From: a virus
Strand: one strand, 5' to 3'
DNA: 56,400 bases
Virus record (IMG/VR): IMGVR_UViG_3300028536_000002
Span: 1-56,400 of that record
Within the stretch, counting starts at the first letter, position 1, and each line of letters begins with the position of its first letter. Made by a program: the position numbers and the translations under genes. This document shows positions 34,643 through 42,717 of this stretch, in pieces. The notes under the pieces are model-generated. The model saw nothing but the letters and a program-made list of their open reading frames with translations. It searched no databases and was not told the DNA's origin.

Positions 34643-35109
34643 GGCGCGGCCAGCAGGTCTTGGACCTCGGGTGGCGGCGCCCACAGCCCGAGGGCTCCGG
34701 GGCAGTCGATCGGCGGGGTGATGCGGCGGGCGTCGCGGAGCACCAGGTGGACGACGTCGGTGCGGAGGCTGTGATCGGCGCTGCGGTAGCGGGCTTCACC
34801 CCAGGGCTCGCAGCAGGTCCGGGACGACTGGTAGTCGGCGGCGGGATGGATGTCGGCCAGGTCGACGACGGCGATGATGGCGCCGGTGACGAACTCGGGT
34901 TGGCCTGCGGCGACCGGGATGCTGGCGGCGATGCGGGCGCGCCACGCCGTCTCGATCAGGGTGGAGCCCTCGCCGCGTCGTGACCAGTGGCGGCCAGCGT
35001 GGATCGCGAGGGGGCCACGGTAGGACCAGTTGGTGGTGCGGTTCTCGACGTCCTTGAACCCGGCGGCGATGGCCCAGGCCCAGGGCTGCTTGACGGTGAT
35101 CGCGTACAT
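34639..35109 (-). CDS. ASCH domain protein
   Basis: ATG 35109. MYAITVKQPWAWAIAAGFKDVENRTTNWSYRGPLAIHAG is the canonical ASCH N-terminus. Confidence 0.7.
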   Translation of the reverse strand: MYAITVKQPWAWAIAAGFKDVENRTTNWSYRGPLAIHAGRHWSRRGEGSTLIETAWRARIAASIPVAAGQPEFVTGAIIAVVDLADIHPAADYQSSRTCCEPWGEARYRSADHSLRTDVVHLVLRDARRITPPIDCPGALGLWAPPPEVQDLLAAP

Positions 35110-35513
35110 CAGGGGTTCCGCGCGGTGTCGGCCGCGATGCCCGGATCTGGGCTTGTGAGGGCCGGGTCGAGTCCGGTCGCAGCAGACTGTTCGGTGTTGA
35201 GGGTGTCGGCGGTGTCCCACGACGGGGGGTCGAGGGCGTCGGAAAGCTGCTGCGCGAAGCCTCGGATCGTCTCGCCACCGGCTAGGTCCCAGGTCTGCAT
35301 CAGCTCCCGGACGCGGGCGATGGCTTCGTGGTCTGCGCGGTTGGCCACGGCGGCGATTTCGGCTTGGCGTTCAGCGGAGCGGAGACGGGCCAGCTCGTCG
35401 AGGATGGACCGGCCGTCGTTGATCAGACGGTGGAGGCAGACCTCGGCGATGACGCGGGCGGACTCGGCCACGGCGAGCGGGTCGGCGGCGGCCTTGTAGG
35501 GGCGGTTAGCCAT
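35109..35513 (-). CDS. Hypothetical helical protein (134 aa)
   Basis: ATG 35513 behind the leader CCCACCCAAGGAGAA, which lies inside the upstream gene's 3' end. Confidence 0.55.
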   Translation of the reverse strand: MANRPYKAAADPLAVAESARVIAEVCLHRLINDGRSILDELARLRSAERQAEIAAVANRADHEAIARVRELMQTWDLAGGETIRGFAQQLSDALDPPSWDTADTLNTEQSAATGLDPALTSPDPGIAADTARNP

Positions 35514-35874
35514 GGGTGTTCTCCTTGGGTGGGCCGCTGCGGGCGGCGTCGGGGGACAGGGCGCTGTCGCCGTACTCGTGGTCGGTGCAGCCGGGCCACC
35601 AGGCCCGCACGTCGGACTGCGCCGAGTGGGCGATGCGGGCGGCGTCGCGGACGGTGCACTTCGGGTACTTGCGGTCGTGCCACTGCTCCAGCACCCGGAA
35701 CCGGCAGTTGCCGCACCGGGCGTCCGCATCGGCGCTGAGCCGGCCGTGGGACAGGGGATGGCGCCCGGCGGCGATGTCGGCGCGCTGGCGCAGGGTCACG
35801 CGGCGCTGCGCCGAAAGCCCCGGCTCAGCCGGGGGCGGGTCGGGCAGGTCGGGGAACAGCGCCGGCTGGCTCAT
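35506..35874 (-). CDS. Cys-containing hypothetical protein (122 aa)
   Basis: Track ORF; RCGNCRF..KYPKC..WWPGC. Confidence 0.5.
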   Translation of the reverse strand: MSQPALFPDLPDPPPAEPGLSAQRRVTLRQRADIAAGRHPLSHGRLSADADARCGNCRFRVLEQWHDRKYPKCTVRDAARIAHSAQSDVRAWWPGCTDHEYGDSALSPDAARSGPPKENTHG

Positions 35875-36191
35875 GTCTCCTCGGGCACCCGGATGACGGT
35901 GAGCCGGTAGGTGCCGCGCATGAACGACAGCTCGAAGTCGATCGACGGTTCGCCGCTGATGCCGATCACGCGCCCGAGCGAGGGGAACAGCTCCCGGACC
36001 CGTTTGTCGCCGAGCACCGCCCAGAGCGCGCCGGCCACGAGCTGGTTGCCCATCGCCTCGTCGACGGTGGCCCGGCCGGACAGGCGGCGGATCTCGTCCA
36101 CCAGCTTGCGCACGTCGCCGGTGTCGACGTCGTTGCGGCCAGCGGCCTCCTCGACGGCGCGTAGATCGGACTCGTCAGGGATATGGGTCAT
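35871..36191 (-). CDS. Hypothetical protein (106 aa)
   Basis: ATG 36191 in an ATGA overlap; MTHIPDESDLRAVEEAAGRNDV... Confidence 0.5.
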   Translation of the reverse strand: MTHIPDESDLRAVEEAAGRNDVDTGDVRKLVDEIRRLSGRATVDEAMGNQLVAGALWAVLGDKRVRELFPSLGRVIGISGEPSIDFELSFMRGTYRLTVIRVPEET

Positions 36192-36673
36192 GTGCTGCGT
36201 CCTTCCAGTTGGGTGGGGCCGGCGCCGGGCAGCAGCCCCGGCATCATGTGCTGCGTGAGCGCGGCCTCCAGTTGCGGGGCGGCCCACGTCGACATCGTGG
36301 CGCCGTCGGGGAGCACAGTGAACGCGAGCAGGGCGTCCTCGGCCCGGAGCACGCCGTCGGCGATCGCGACCAGGATGGCCTTCACCACCAGCACCAGGGA
36401 CCGCCAGCGGCGCTGGTCCTCTTTCTCGGCTGCGGCGCGGGCCTGCGTCTCGGTGCGGCGCTGCCCGTTGCGCATCTTGTAGAAGCCGGCCGGGTCGGGC
36501 ATCGCGACGTCCAGGCGGTAGACGCGGCCGGCCAGCTTGAACTGGGCGCGGGTCATGCGCTGCTCCTCGTCGGCGCCGAACGCGAACCCGGTCGCGCCGT
36601 GCTTGCGGAGCAGCCCGGCCAGCTCGGTCATGGAGCGGTCGATCGAGACGGTGGTGCCGTCGGCGTAGGGCAT
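36188..36673 (-). CDS. Hypothetical protein (161 aa)
   Basis: Track ORF; good codon bias. Confidence 0.55.
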   Translation of the reverse strand: MPYADGTTVSIDRSMTELAGLLRKHGATGFAFGADEEQRMTRAQFKLAGRVYRLDVAMPDPAGFYKMRNGQRRTETQARAAAEKEDQRRWRSLVLVVKAILVAIADGVLRAEDALLAFTVLPDGATMSTWAAPQLEAALTQHMMPGLLPGAGPTQLEGRST

Positions 36674-36936
36674 CAGCAGCCCCCCGGGCAGGACACGATC
36701 GAGGGCCGCTTAGCGTCGTAGTGGTAGAGCAGGCGCCACGCCCCGGTGCGGGCGTCCCAGAGCTCGGCGGTGACGGTGTGCTCGTACGGCTCGCCGTCGG
36801 CCAGCCCAGTGCGGGACAGCCACAGCCGGACCCGGCCGTCGTCCCACTTGAGGTCACCGAAGTTGTCCTGCGCGGTGGTCGGCATCGCGGCCAGCTCATC
36901 GAGGCGGTAGCGCGGGATGCCCTGGAACAGCTTCAC
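36673..36936 (-). CDS. Hypothetical protein (87 aa)
   Basis: GTG 36936 in a GTGA overlap. Confidence 0.45.
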   Translation of the reverse strand: MKLFQGIPRYRLDELAAMPTTAQDNFGDLKWDDGRVRLWLSRTGLADGEPYEHTVTAELWDARTGAWRLLYHYDAKRPSIVSCPGGC

Positions 36937-37259
36937 GACGGCAACGCCAGGCCCGCGCTGCGCACCGCGTCCTCCAGCAGCGACGGCAGCCGGCCGGCGA
37001 CGATGCTGCCCGGGTGGTAGGTCTCGGCGACCAGATCCTTGCTGTACTCGCCGGACTTGAGCTTGCGCCGGCCAGACATCCGGACCGAGACGTCCTGCGG
37101 CGCGGTCGGGTCGATCGTGGAGCTGTCGTAGGTGACTATGACCGTGTCGACGGTGAACTCCCGTCGGCTGTAGCGGCAGGGCTGCACCCAGCGTTCGTGC
37201 TCGGCCAGCTCGATCGTCCAAACCTCGGTGGTCTTGACGTGCTGCGTTACCTCGGGCAT
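36933..37259 (-). CDS. Hypothetical protein (108 aa)
   Basis: Track ORF; ATG 37259. Confidence 0.5.
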   Translation of the reverse strand: MPEVTQHVKTTEVWTIELAEHERWVQPCRYSRREFTVDTVIVTYDSSTIDPTAPQDVSVRMSGRRKLKSGEYSKDLVAETYHPGSIVAGRLPSLLEDAVRSAGLALPS

Positions 37260-37260
37260 C

Positions 37261-37629
37261 TCAGGTCTCCTCGGGTGGGGCCGGCGGCATCGGGCCGTCG
37301 GGTCGGTAGGTGAAGCCGGTGCCCTGGTCGACGATCACCTCTACCTCGACCAGGCTCGCGGTGAACTGGTAGAACACGCCGAACAGGTGCTCAGCGATCG
37401 CAGCGCCGGAGGCGGGGAACGGCAGCGTGTCGGACAGGTTCACCCCCTCCATGTAGCTGGCCAGCCAGTAGTCGATCTCGGCGGTCGGCGAGATGTCGCC
37501 GTTGCTGGCGTCGAAGCGGGCCGTGACGTCGAAGGTGTGGCCGTGTAGGCGGCCCTCGGGGTCGGTGCGGGGCCGGTTGTCCAGGGCATGGATGGCGGCG
37601 AACCGGGCGTGGTGGGACAGGATGATCAA
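37261..37629 (-). CDS. QueD / 6-pyruvoyl-tetrahydropterin-synthase-fold protein (atypical: no catalytic Cys)
   Basis: TTG 37629 with GGAGGA 5 nt upstream. ARFAAIHALDNRPRTDPEGRLHGHTFDVTARF aligns with E. coli QueD FEAAHRL..KCGRLHGHSF, but Cys is replaced by Glu. VEVEVIVDQGTGFTYR aligns with the C-terminal strand. Confidence 0.5.
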   Translation of the reverse strand: MIILSHHARFAAIHALDNRPRTDPEGRLHGHTFDVTARFDASNGDISPTAEIDYWLASYMEGVNLSDTLPFPASGAAIAEHLFGVFYQFTASLVEVEVIVDQGTGFTYRPDGPMPPAPPEET

Positions 37630-37652
37630 GGCGCTCCTCCTCGGGATGGGTA

Positions 37653-37693
37653 CCGGGCCGCGCGTCGGAGTCAAGTCTCGGCGCGCGGCCCGG
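37653..37693 (-). terminator. Stem-loop 2 of a tandem pair
   Basis: 12-bp perfect stem CCGGGCCGCGCG (37653-37664) / CGCGCGGCCCGG (37682-37693). Confidence 0.55.
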
Positions 37694-37703
37694 CATGGGG
37701 TGG

Positions 37704-37735
37704 CCGGCCCAGCCCCGGCGGGGGGGCTGGGCCGG
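37704..37735 (-). terminator. Stem-loop 1 of a tandem pair, 5 nt after the stop of 37740..38180
   Basis: 13-bp perfect stem CCGGCCCAGCCCC (37704-37716) / GGGGCTGGGCCGG (37723-37735) with a 6-nt loop. Confidence 0.6.
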
Positions 37736-37739
37736 GCCG

Positions 37740-38180
37740 TCAGGGACGCTCGTTCCAGGTCTCCACCTCGAACGGGTCGTACTCGTGTGCGGGGCACAGG
37801 TCGGCGAACGCGCCCAACTCGCACAGCTCGTCGCAGCCGGGGAACTCGCAGTACGTCTCCGGCGTGTAGGCGTCAGGCTCGTCGGCCTGCTCGGCGAAGT
37901 GACCGGCCGCGCCGCAGTGCTTGCAGGCGCTCAGGGCCTCGGCGTGCGCGGCCTCGATCAGGTCCAGCTCCTCGCTCGTGCGGAACGGGTGCCGGTTGTC
38001 GCGGCCCTTCACGCCTGCCTCGACGAGCTGGGTGATGTCGCGTCCGCAGTCGCGGCACACGCCGTGCCGGTGGCCGTAGAGGGCGTCGGGCTGGCTGATG
38101 TCCCAGCCGGTGCTGACGCTGCGGAGGTAGGTCAGCTCGTGGCAGTGGGTGAAGGCTGTCGATGTGAGCGTCGAGGTCAC
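37740..38180 (-). CDS. Cys/His-rich (multi-CxxC) protein, apparently monocistronic
   Basis: GTG 38180 behind the leader CCCCACCCAAGGGAG. THCHE, CRDC, CKHC, CEFPGCDELCELGAFADLC. Confidence 0.55.
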   Translation of the reverse strand: MTSTLTSTAFTHCHELTYLRSVSTGWDISQPDALYGHRHGVCRDCGRDITQLVEAGVKGRDNRHPFRTSEELDLIEAAHAEALSACKHCGAAGHFAEQADEPDAYTPETYCEFPGCDELCELGAFADLCPAHEYDPFEVETWNERP

Positions 38181-38247
38181 GGCGTGCTCCCTTGGGTGGG
38201 GTGTCTGGTCTACCCAGACCATATCTGACGAGTCAAGTGCGGCACAA
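38181..38247 (-). promoter_or_regulatory. Promoter/operator/leader cassette
   Basis: In - sense: TTGTGC (38247-38242), 18 nt, TATGGT (38223-38218). The -10 overlaps GTCTGG-N5-CCAGAC (38219-38203). Then ACCCCACCCAAGGGAG and a GTG start. It overlaps the 3' end of the kinase gene. Confidence 0.6.
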
Positions 38248-38793
38248 CAGGCTCACCGGCACGCCACGCTTGCGGAGCAGAGCGAACACGGTCGCGGCCA
38301 TCGGCTCCGCGCCGTGGTGGGACAGATCGAGGGTCGCTGCCCCGAAGCGGGCCGCTAGCCGCGCGGCCTTGCTGCCCCGGCCCTGCACCCACGATTCGTT
38401 CTGGAGGCGCGTACCGGCCTCCTCGGCTCGGTGGCGGCGGCGCCAGGCGACAGTGCCAGGGTTCGCGATGGCGTGGAGCAGGTGCAGCCGATACCCGGCG
38501 GACTCGGCGACGCCGAAGAACTTCGCGTAGGCCAGCCGGTCGCCCTCGGCGAGCACCAGCGGCGCCGGCATCGACGCAATCCAGGCTTCCGCTGACCGGG
38601 CGATCGACATGCCTAGGGTGTCGGTGCCGCCGAACGGCTCCCGCTTGCGGCCGGGCATGACCAGGTCGCCGCGTCGCAGGTGCGGGATCGGCTCGAAGTG
38701 CTCGGCGAAGTCGTCCATTCCGCCGACCATCGCGGTCACGAGCGTGGTTTTGCCGACGCCTGGCGGGCCGATCAGGTAGACCAGGTCAGCCAC
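38233..38793 (-). CDS. P-loop kinase-like protein (candidate 5-hmdU DNA kinase)
   Basis: GTG 38793; Walker A LIGPPGVGKTT at residues 7-17; 186 aa. It is the last gene of the coupled modification cluster. Confidence 0.5.
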   Translation of the reverse strand: MADLVYLIGPPGVGKTTLVTAMVGGMDDFAEHFEPIPHLRRGDLVMPGRKREPFGGTDTLGMSIARSAEAWIASMPAPLVLAEGDRLAYAKFFGVAESAGYRLHLLHAIANPGTVAWRRRHRAEEAGTRLQNESWVQGRGSKAARLAARFGAATLDLSHHGAEPMAATVFALLRKRGVPVSLLCRT

Positions 38794-39655
38794 GGCGGCG
38801 CTCCACTTCCACGAGACGGTCCACGATCTCCGGCGCCCAGCGGACGCCCGAGTGCCACAGCGGCGGCACCGACCGCATGTCCAGCGTGCCGGTGTCGCCC
38901 TCGACGGGGACCGGGCGCCAGCCCTGCGTCAGCTCGCCGACGCCGATGACCGGGACGGACGGCCACAGCTCGCGCCACGCGTCCAGCCACCGGTCGAAGT
39001 GCTTGCCCGCGTCCAGACGGCGTGGCCTGTCCTTGGCCTGCGCGATCAGCGACGAGCCGGCCCACCACCAGCCCGGCCGGGTCGGGATGACGTACGCGTA
39101 CGCGATCTGGAACCGGCCCCGGCGCGAGTAGAACGCTGCCCGATACGGCAGGCCCTGGAGGGCGTCGGGGACGTCGAGCTGCACCTCGGCCGACCAGCCC
39201 CAGCGCAGAGCCCCGCACCGGTCGCCGAAGCCGTGAGCGACCAGCACCCGATGCCCCGGGCGGGCACGGTCGATGCGGCGGGCGACGAAGCGCAGCCGGG
39301 CGGCCTGGACGATCGCCGGGACGTCCACAGCGATGCCCGCGCTGTGGCCGACTCGGTACGGCCCGAGGTCGTCCTGGCGGTAGCGGCCCTCGTGGGGGGG
39401 CTGCTTGTGGGTGTAGACGTAGCTGACCGGGCGGACCATGCCGGCCGGGAACAGCTTGGATTCGTGCCAGTTCCACCACAGGTCGAGGTTGCGCGCACTG
39501 CGCTCATCTCCGGCGGGGTAGACCATGCCGGTGCTGGCCGGCCACGCCCGAACCTCGACGTCGGTGTCGTGCCAGGTGAAGGCGATGCCCTTACGTTCCA
39601 GGGCGAACGCGGTCGCGGCGCCGAACCACCCCATGCCCTCCAGGTGAAGCGTCAC
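38786..39655 (-). CDS. Rossmann-fold flavoprotein-like (DAO/glycine-oxidase-type; candidate flavin-dependent lyase)
   Basis: GTG 39655 in a GTGA overlap. The N-terminal beta-alpha-beta VTLHLEGMGWFGAATAFALERKGIAFTWHD has GxGxxG plus an acidic residue at the end of beta-2. Confidence 0.45.
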   Translation of the reverse strand: MTLHLEGMGWFGAATAFALERKGIAFTWHDTDVEVRAWPASTGMVYPAGDERSARNLDLWWNWHESKLFPAGMVRPVSYVYTHKQPPHEGRYRQDDLGPYRVGHSAGIAVDVPAIVQAARLRFVARRIDRARPGHRVLVAHGFGDRCGALRWGWSAEVQLDVPDALQGLPYRAAFYSRRGRFQIAYAYVIPTRPGWWWAGSSLIAQAKDRPRRLDAGKHFDRWLDAWRELWPSVPVIGVGELTQGWRPVPVEGDTGTLDMRSVPPLWHSGVRWAPEIVDRLVEVERRRG

Positions 39656-40587
39656 GCTGCGCTCACCCCGTCGAGCCACCACAGCAGCCGGCCCGTGTCG
39701 CGGTAGCGGCGGTTCAGCTCCTTGCGCACGCCCGGCCAGCCGGAGATCTCGCCGAGCAGGTGCGGCTCGAAGCTGCGGCCCCGGGCGATCAGCGCCACCC
39801 CGTCCAGGCGCGTCGGGGACTTGCGGAGCTGATCCAGCATCTGATCAACATCGTGGCCAACGTAATAGCGGCCCTCGGTGACGGCGTGCCAGTCGCACAA
39901 GGTGGTCTCGGCCGTCTCCAGGGTGGCGGACAGCCCGGCGTCGTGCAGATGCGCAAGGTGATCCAGGGACAGCCTGTCCAGCTCGGCCAGGGTGTTCCGG
40001 TCGTTGCCGGTCGGCACGTCGGGGTAGAGCACGGCGAGGCCGTGGCGGGGGCCGGTGCTGTTCGCGTGGCCCATGTCCGGCGCGGCCAGCGGGAAGCCGT
40101 TCACGGCGGCCAGCATCTCCCCCGTCTTGAAGGCGGCCCACCGGCCGTTCCCGTGGACCCGGGTCACCGCGCTCGATACAGCGCTCCACCGGTCTTGGCT
40201 GCTGCCGGAGCCATACGCGGCGCCACCGAGCCAGCGGCTGATGCCGCCGTAGGAGTCGATCGTGTCGACCAGGGAGCGCATGTGCGCCCGGAGCTGGCGG
40301 TGATCGCGGTGCGCCCGGCGCTCCGTCCCGGTCGGCAGGACCAGGTCGGCCGGGGGCATCGCGACCTTGCCGTCGGTGGCCTCGAACGCGGCCAGCGCGC
40401 TCCCGAGGTGGTAGTAGGCGACGTGCAGGAACGTCAGCCACAGCCGGGCCTCACCGTCGAGCTCTAGCAGCTCGCCGACCTCACGCAGCACCGGGTAGAC
40501 CGGGTCGACGTCACCGGACTTGAGCTGCCAGTGGTGGAACGTGCAGTAGTCGGCCCACCCGGTGCCCTCGGTCCAGGAGCCGGTCAC
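39652..40587 (-). CDS. 311-aa helical protein, candidate aGPT-Pplase / amino-acid:DNA transferase
   Basis: GTG 40587 in a GTGA overlap. I can name no motif. The call rests on size, helical composition and position between a TET/JBP gene and the flavoprotein/kinase genes. Confidence 0.3.
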   Translation of the reverse strand: MTGSWTEGTGWADYCTFHHWQLKSGDVDPVYPVLREVGELLELDGEARLWLTFLHVAYYHLGSALAAFEATDGKVAMPPADLVLPTGTERRAHRDHRQLRAHMRSLVDTIDSYGGISRWLGGAAYGSGSSQDRWSAVSSAVTRVHGNGRWAAFKTGEMLAAVNGFPLAAPDMGHANSTGPRHGLAVLYPDVPTGNDRNTLAELDRLSLDHLAHLHDAGLSATLETAETTLCDWHAVTEGRYYVGHDVDQMLDQLRKSPTRLDGVALIARGRSFEPHLLGEISGWPGVRKELNRRYRDTGRLLWWLDGVSAA

Positions 40588-40772
40588 ATCAGCTCCAGAT
40601 CTTCGGGGCGGGTCGCCTGCGTGCCACCCCGGCCGTACGCCACGAACACGTAGCGGTCGTTGACCGAGCTGATCACGCCGACCTCCGTGCGGTCGGTCGC
40701 CCCGGCGATGGGCGGGTGGTAGCGCACCTTGTGCCCGATCGCCGCGCGGGCCTGCGCCAGCGTCATCGCCAT
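40584..40772 (-). CDS. Small beta-rich protein (62 aa; SH3/Tudor-like?)
   Basis: ATG 40772 or 40766 (the latter in an ATGA overlap with the TET/JBP stop); KVRYHPPIAG..EVGVISSVNDRYVFVAYG. Confidence 0.45.
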   Translation of the reverse strand: MAMTLAQARAAIGHKVRYHPPIAGATDRTEVGVISSVNDRYVFVAYGRGGTQATRPEDLELM

Positions 40773-41632
40773 GACTTCTCCCCACTCACGACAGCCCGTT
40801 GGTTCTCCTCGCGCTCGGTGCGTTTGGCCTGCCCCTGGGCGAGCTCTGCCGCGAACGTCGCGCAGTCCTTCATGCCTCGCAGGGCGTAGTACACGATCGA
40901 ATAGCGGTAGCCCTTCGGCTGCCCGGCGGCGGCCGGGCGGATCCTGGTCAGCGGCGTCACCCCGTGGACCAGGCGGAAGCCGTTGAAGAACACGACGTAG
41001 CCGGAGCGGCACGACAGGGTGACGTCGTACTCGGGGATGTGCAGCCCCCCACCGGACACGCCGGAGCGGACCACGGGCATCGCCGACCAGGCGTCGAAGT
41101 TCATGCTGTCGCGGTGGTACGGGAGCTGAGCCGTGTGGTTGACGACGCCGGAGGTCCAGTGGCTGTGCGGGGCCATCCGCCAGTCGTCGTCGATCTCGCC
41201 GATCGTCAGGACGTCGCGGTCAGCGATGACCGGGCTGATCGTGCGGAGCATGCCCCCCAGGTGCAGCGACAGCATCGCGAGCACGCCGTGCACCTCGGGC
41301 ATATCCCGCGCGAGCGAGGTGATCCGGCACGAGTCGTGCAGCATCGTCGGCCGGCGCGGCGCCATCCCGAACGTCCGCGACAGCGAGCGGAGCTTGCCGG
41401 CGCGGCCCAGACCGGTGAACCCGTCGATCGCAAGAACAGCCTCGGTCAGGCGCGCCGTCCAGTCCGGTGGCAGCGGCAGGTAGGCGATGACGGGCTCGCC
41501 CAGGTCGGGGTCGGTGATGACCGTCGGGCCGTTGATGACCTGCCCGCGTGTCTCGGGCACCATCTGCCCGACCAGGGCGTCGGCCTGGTCCTTGGACAGG
41601 GCGCGGCGGAACTCCACCTGGGCGTCAGGCAT
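40763..41632 (-). CDS. TET/JBP-family 2-oxoglutarate/Fe(II) dioxygenase
   Basis: 289 aa. LPYHRDS supplies the HxD, GGGLHIPEYD follows, FNGFRLVHGVTPL supplies the distal His, and YRYSIVYYA supplies the RxS. The order and spacing match the TET/JBP double-stranded beta-helix. Confidence 0.7.
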   Translation of the reverse strand: MPDAQVEFRRALSKDQADALVGQMVPETRGQVINGPTVITDPDLGEPVIAYLPLPPDWTARLTEAVLAIDGFTGLGRAGKLRSLSRTFGMAPRRPTMLHDSCRITSLARDMPEVHGVLAMLSLHLGGMLRTISPVIADRDVLTIGEIDDDWRMAPHSHWTSGVVNHTAQLPYHRDSMNFDAWSAMPVVRSGVSGGGLHIPEYDVTLSCRSGYVVFFNGFRLVHGVTPLTRIRPAAAGQPKGYRYSIVYYALRGMKDCATFAAELAQGQAKRTEREENQRAVVSGEKSWR

Positions 41633-42398
41633 CGGACTCGCCCTCGGCAGCCTCGGGCTCAGCGGCGGCGGTCTCGCCGTCGCCCTCAGCCTGCCCAGCC
41701 GGTGGGGTCCGCCCGGACACGGCGGCCACGACCGCGATCAGCGCCTCGGCGTTCGAGGGCAGCTCGTGGGCGGTGCGGTAGTCGTTCAGCCGCTCGACCA
41801 CCCACGCGAACAAGTCGGTGGTGTACTCGAAGTACAGCGACCGGGTCGCCTTGCCCTCGTAGCGTTCGCCGAGCGCGGCCATGCCCGCGTGGGGCTGCTG
41901 GCCGGGGAACTCCTGCTCGCCGTACTGGCTGCCCCCGGCTTCGGCCTTCGCGGCGGCGGCCAAGATCTCGTCCAGCTCCACCTGGTCGAAGCCGGCCGCG
42001 TCGAGCAGTGAGGCGTTGAACCCGTCGAGCTGTTCGGCCAGCACCGCCTGTTCCCACTCGGCCAGCTCGCCGGAGCGGTTGTCGGCGATGGCGTAGGCGC
42101 GGGCCTCCTCGGTGGTGCCCGGGAACCGGGTCACGTGGACCTCAGCGTAGGGCGCCGGCTGCTCCCGCCCGAGGGCTTCGGTGTTCAGCTCGCGCATCGC
42201 CTCGACGGTGCCGTTGCCGGCGATCGCCATGTACCGGCCGTTCACCACGAGCGGCTTGCGCTGCCCGAACCGGGTGAGGCTAGCCCGGATGACGTCGAGG
42301 TTGCGGCGGTTGTGCTTGCGGGCGTTGCGCGGGTCGATCTTGATCTTCTCGATCGGCACGGTCTCTACGGGCAGCTCAGTGTGGTCAGGCTTCGGCAT
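41625..42398 (-). CDS. ParB/Srx-like nuclease-domain protein
   Basis: ATG 42398 with GAGGAGA upstream. IEKIKIDPRNARKH and IAGNGTVEAM match ParB N-domain boxes. The C-terminal tail is acidic. Confidence 0.7.
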   Translation of the reverse strand: MPKPDHTELPVETVPIEKIKIDPRNARKHNRRNLDVIRASLTRFGQRKPLVVNGRYMAIAGNGTVEAMRELNTEALGREQPAPYAEVHVTRFPGTTEEARAYAIADNRSGELAEWEQAVLAEQLDGFNASLLDAAGFDQVELDEILAAAAKAEAGGSQYGEQEFPGQQPHAGMAALGERYEGKATRSLYFEYTTDLFAWVVERLNDYRTAHELPSNAEALIAVVAAVSGRTPPAGQAEGDGETAAAEPEAAEGESDA

Positions 42399-42717
42399 GC
42401 GGGGTCTCCTCGGGGATGGGGGCCAGGATCAGGTCGGCCAGCGCGGCGAGCTGGCGGGCGAGCTGCACCGGTGAGGGCATCGGCTCGGCGTCGAGGTTGG
42501 CCGCGATCGCCCGGCACCGGTTGCGGACGTCAGGTGAGGCGGTCAGGTGCAGCCCGTAGTTGCAGCCGCACCCGTTCGGGTCGCGCACCGGCGCCGGGTC
42601 GGCGGCCACCTGCCAGCGCCCGTCGGCCCAGACCAGCCGAAGGGACACAGTGGTCGACCAGGCGTGGCCCTCGGGCCACAGGTCCGGTTCGGGCTCGGCC
42701 GGCTTGCGCGGGGTCAC
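42385..42717 (-). CDS. Hypothetical protein (110 aa)
   Basis: GTG 42717 in a GTGA overlap with the 34-codon ORF; strong codon bias; contains NGCGCNYG. Confidence 0.5.
   Translation of the reverse strand: MTPRKPAEPEPDLWPEGHAWSTTVSLRLVWADGRWQVAADPAPVRDPNGCGCNYGLHLTASPDVRNRCRAIAANLDAEPMPSPVQLARQLAALADLILAPIPEETPHAEA

Noticed and set aside
37740-38180. The Cys/His-rich protein as a zinc-binding anti-sigma (ZAS) factor.
   Set aside because: The HxxxCxxC spacing is not met (H-x2-C-x2-C and H-x6-C only), and no sigma factor gene is adjacent.
41625-42398. The ParB-like gene as evidence for a plasmid-prophage partition system.
   Set aside because: There is no ParA/Walker-type partner and no parS-like repeat array. 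The context (overlapping the TET/JBP gene) fits the DNA-modification-associated ParB/Srx nuclease-domain class better.
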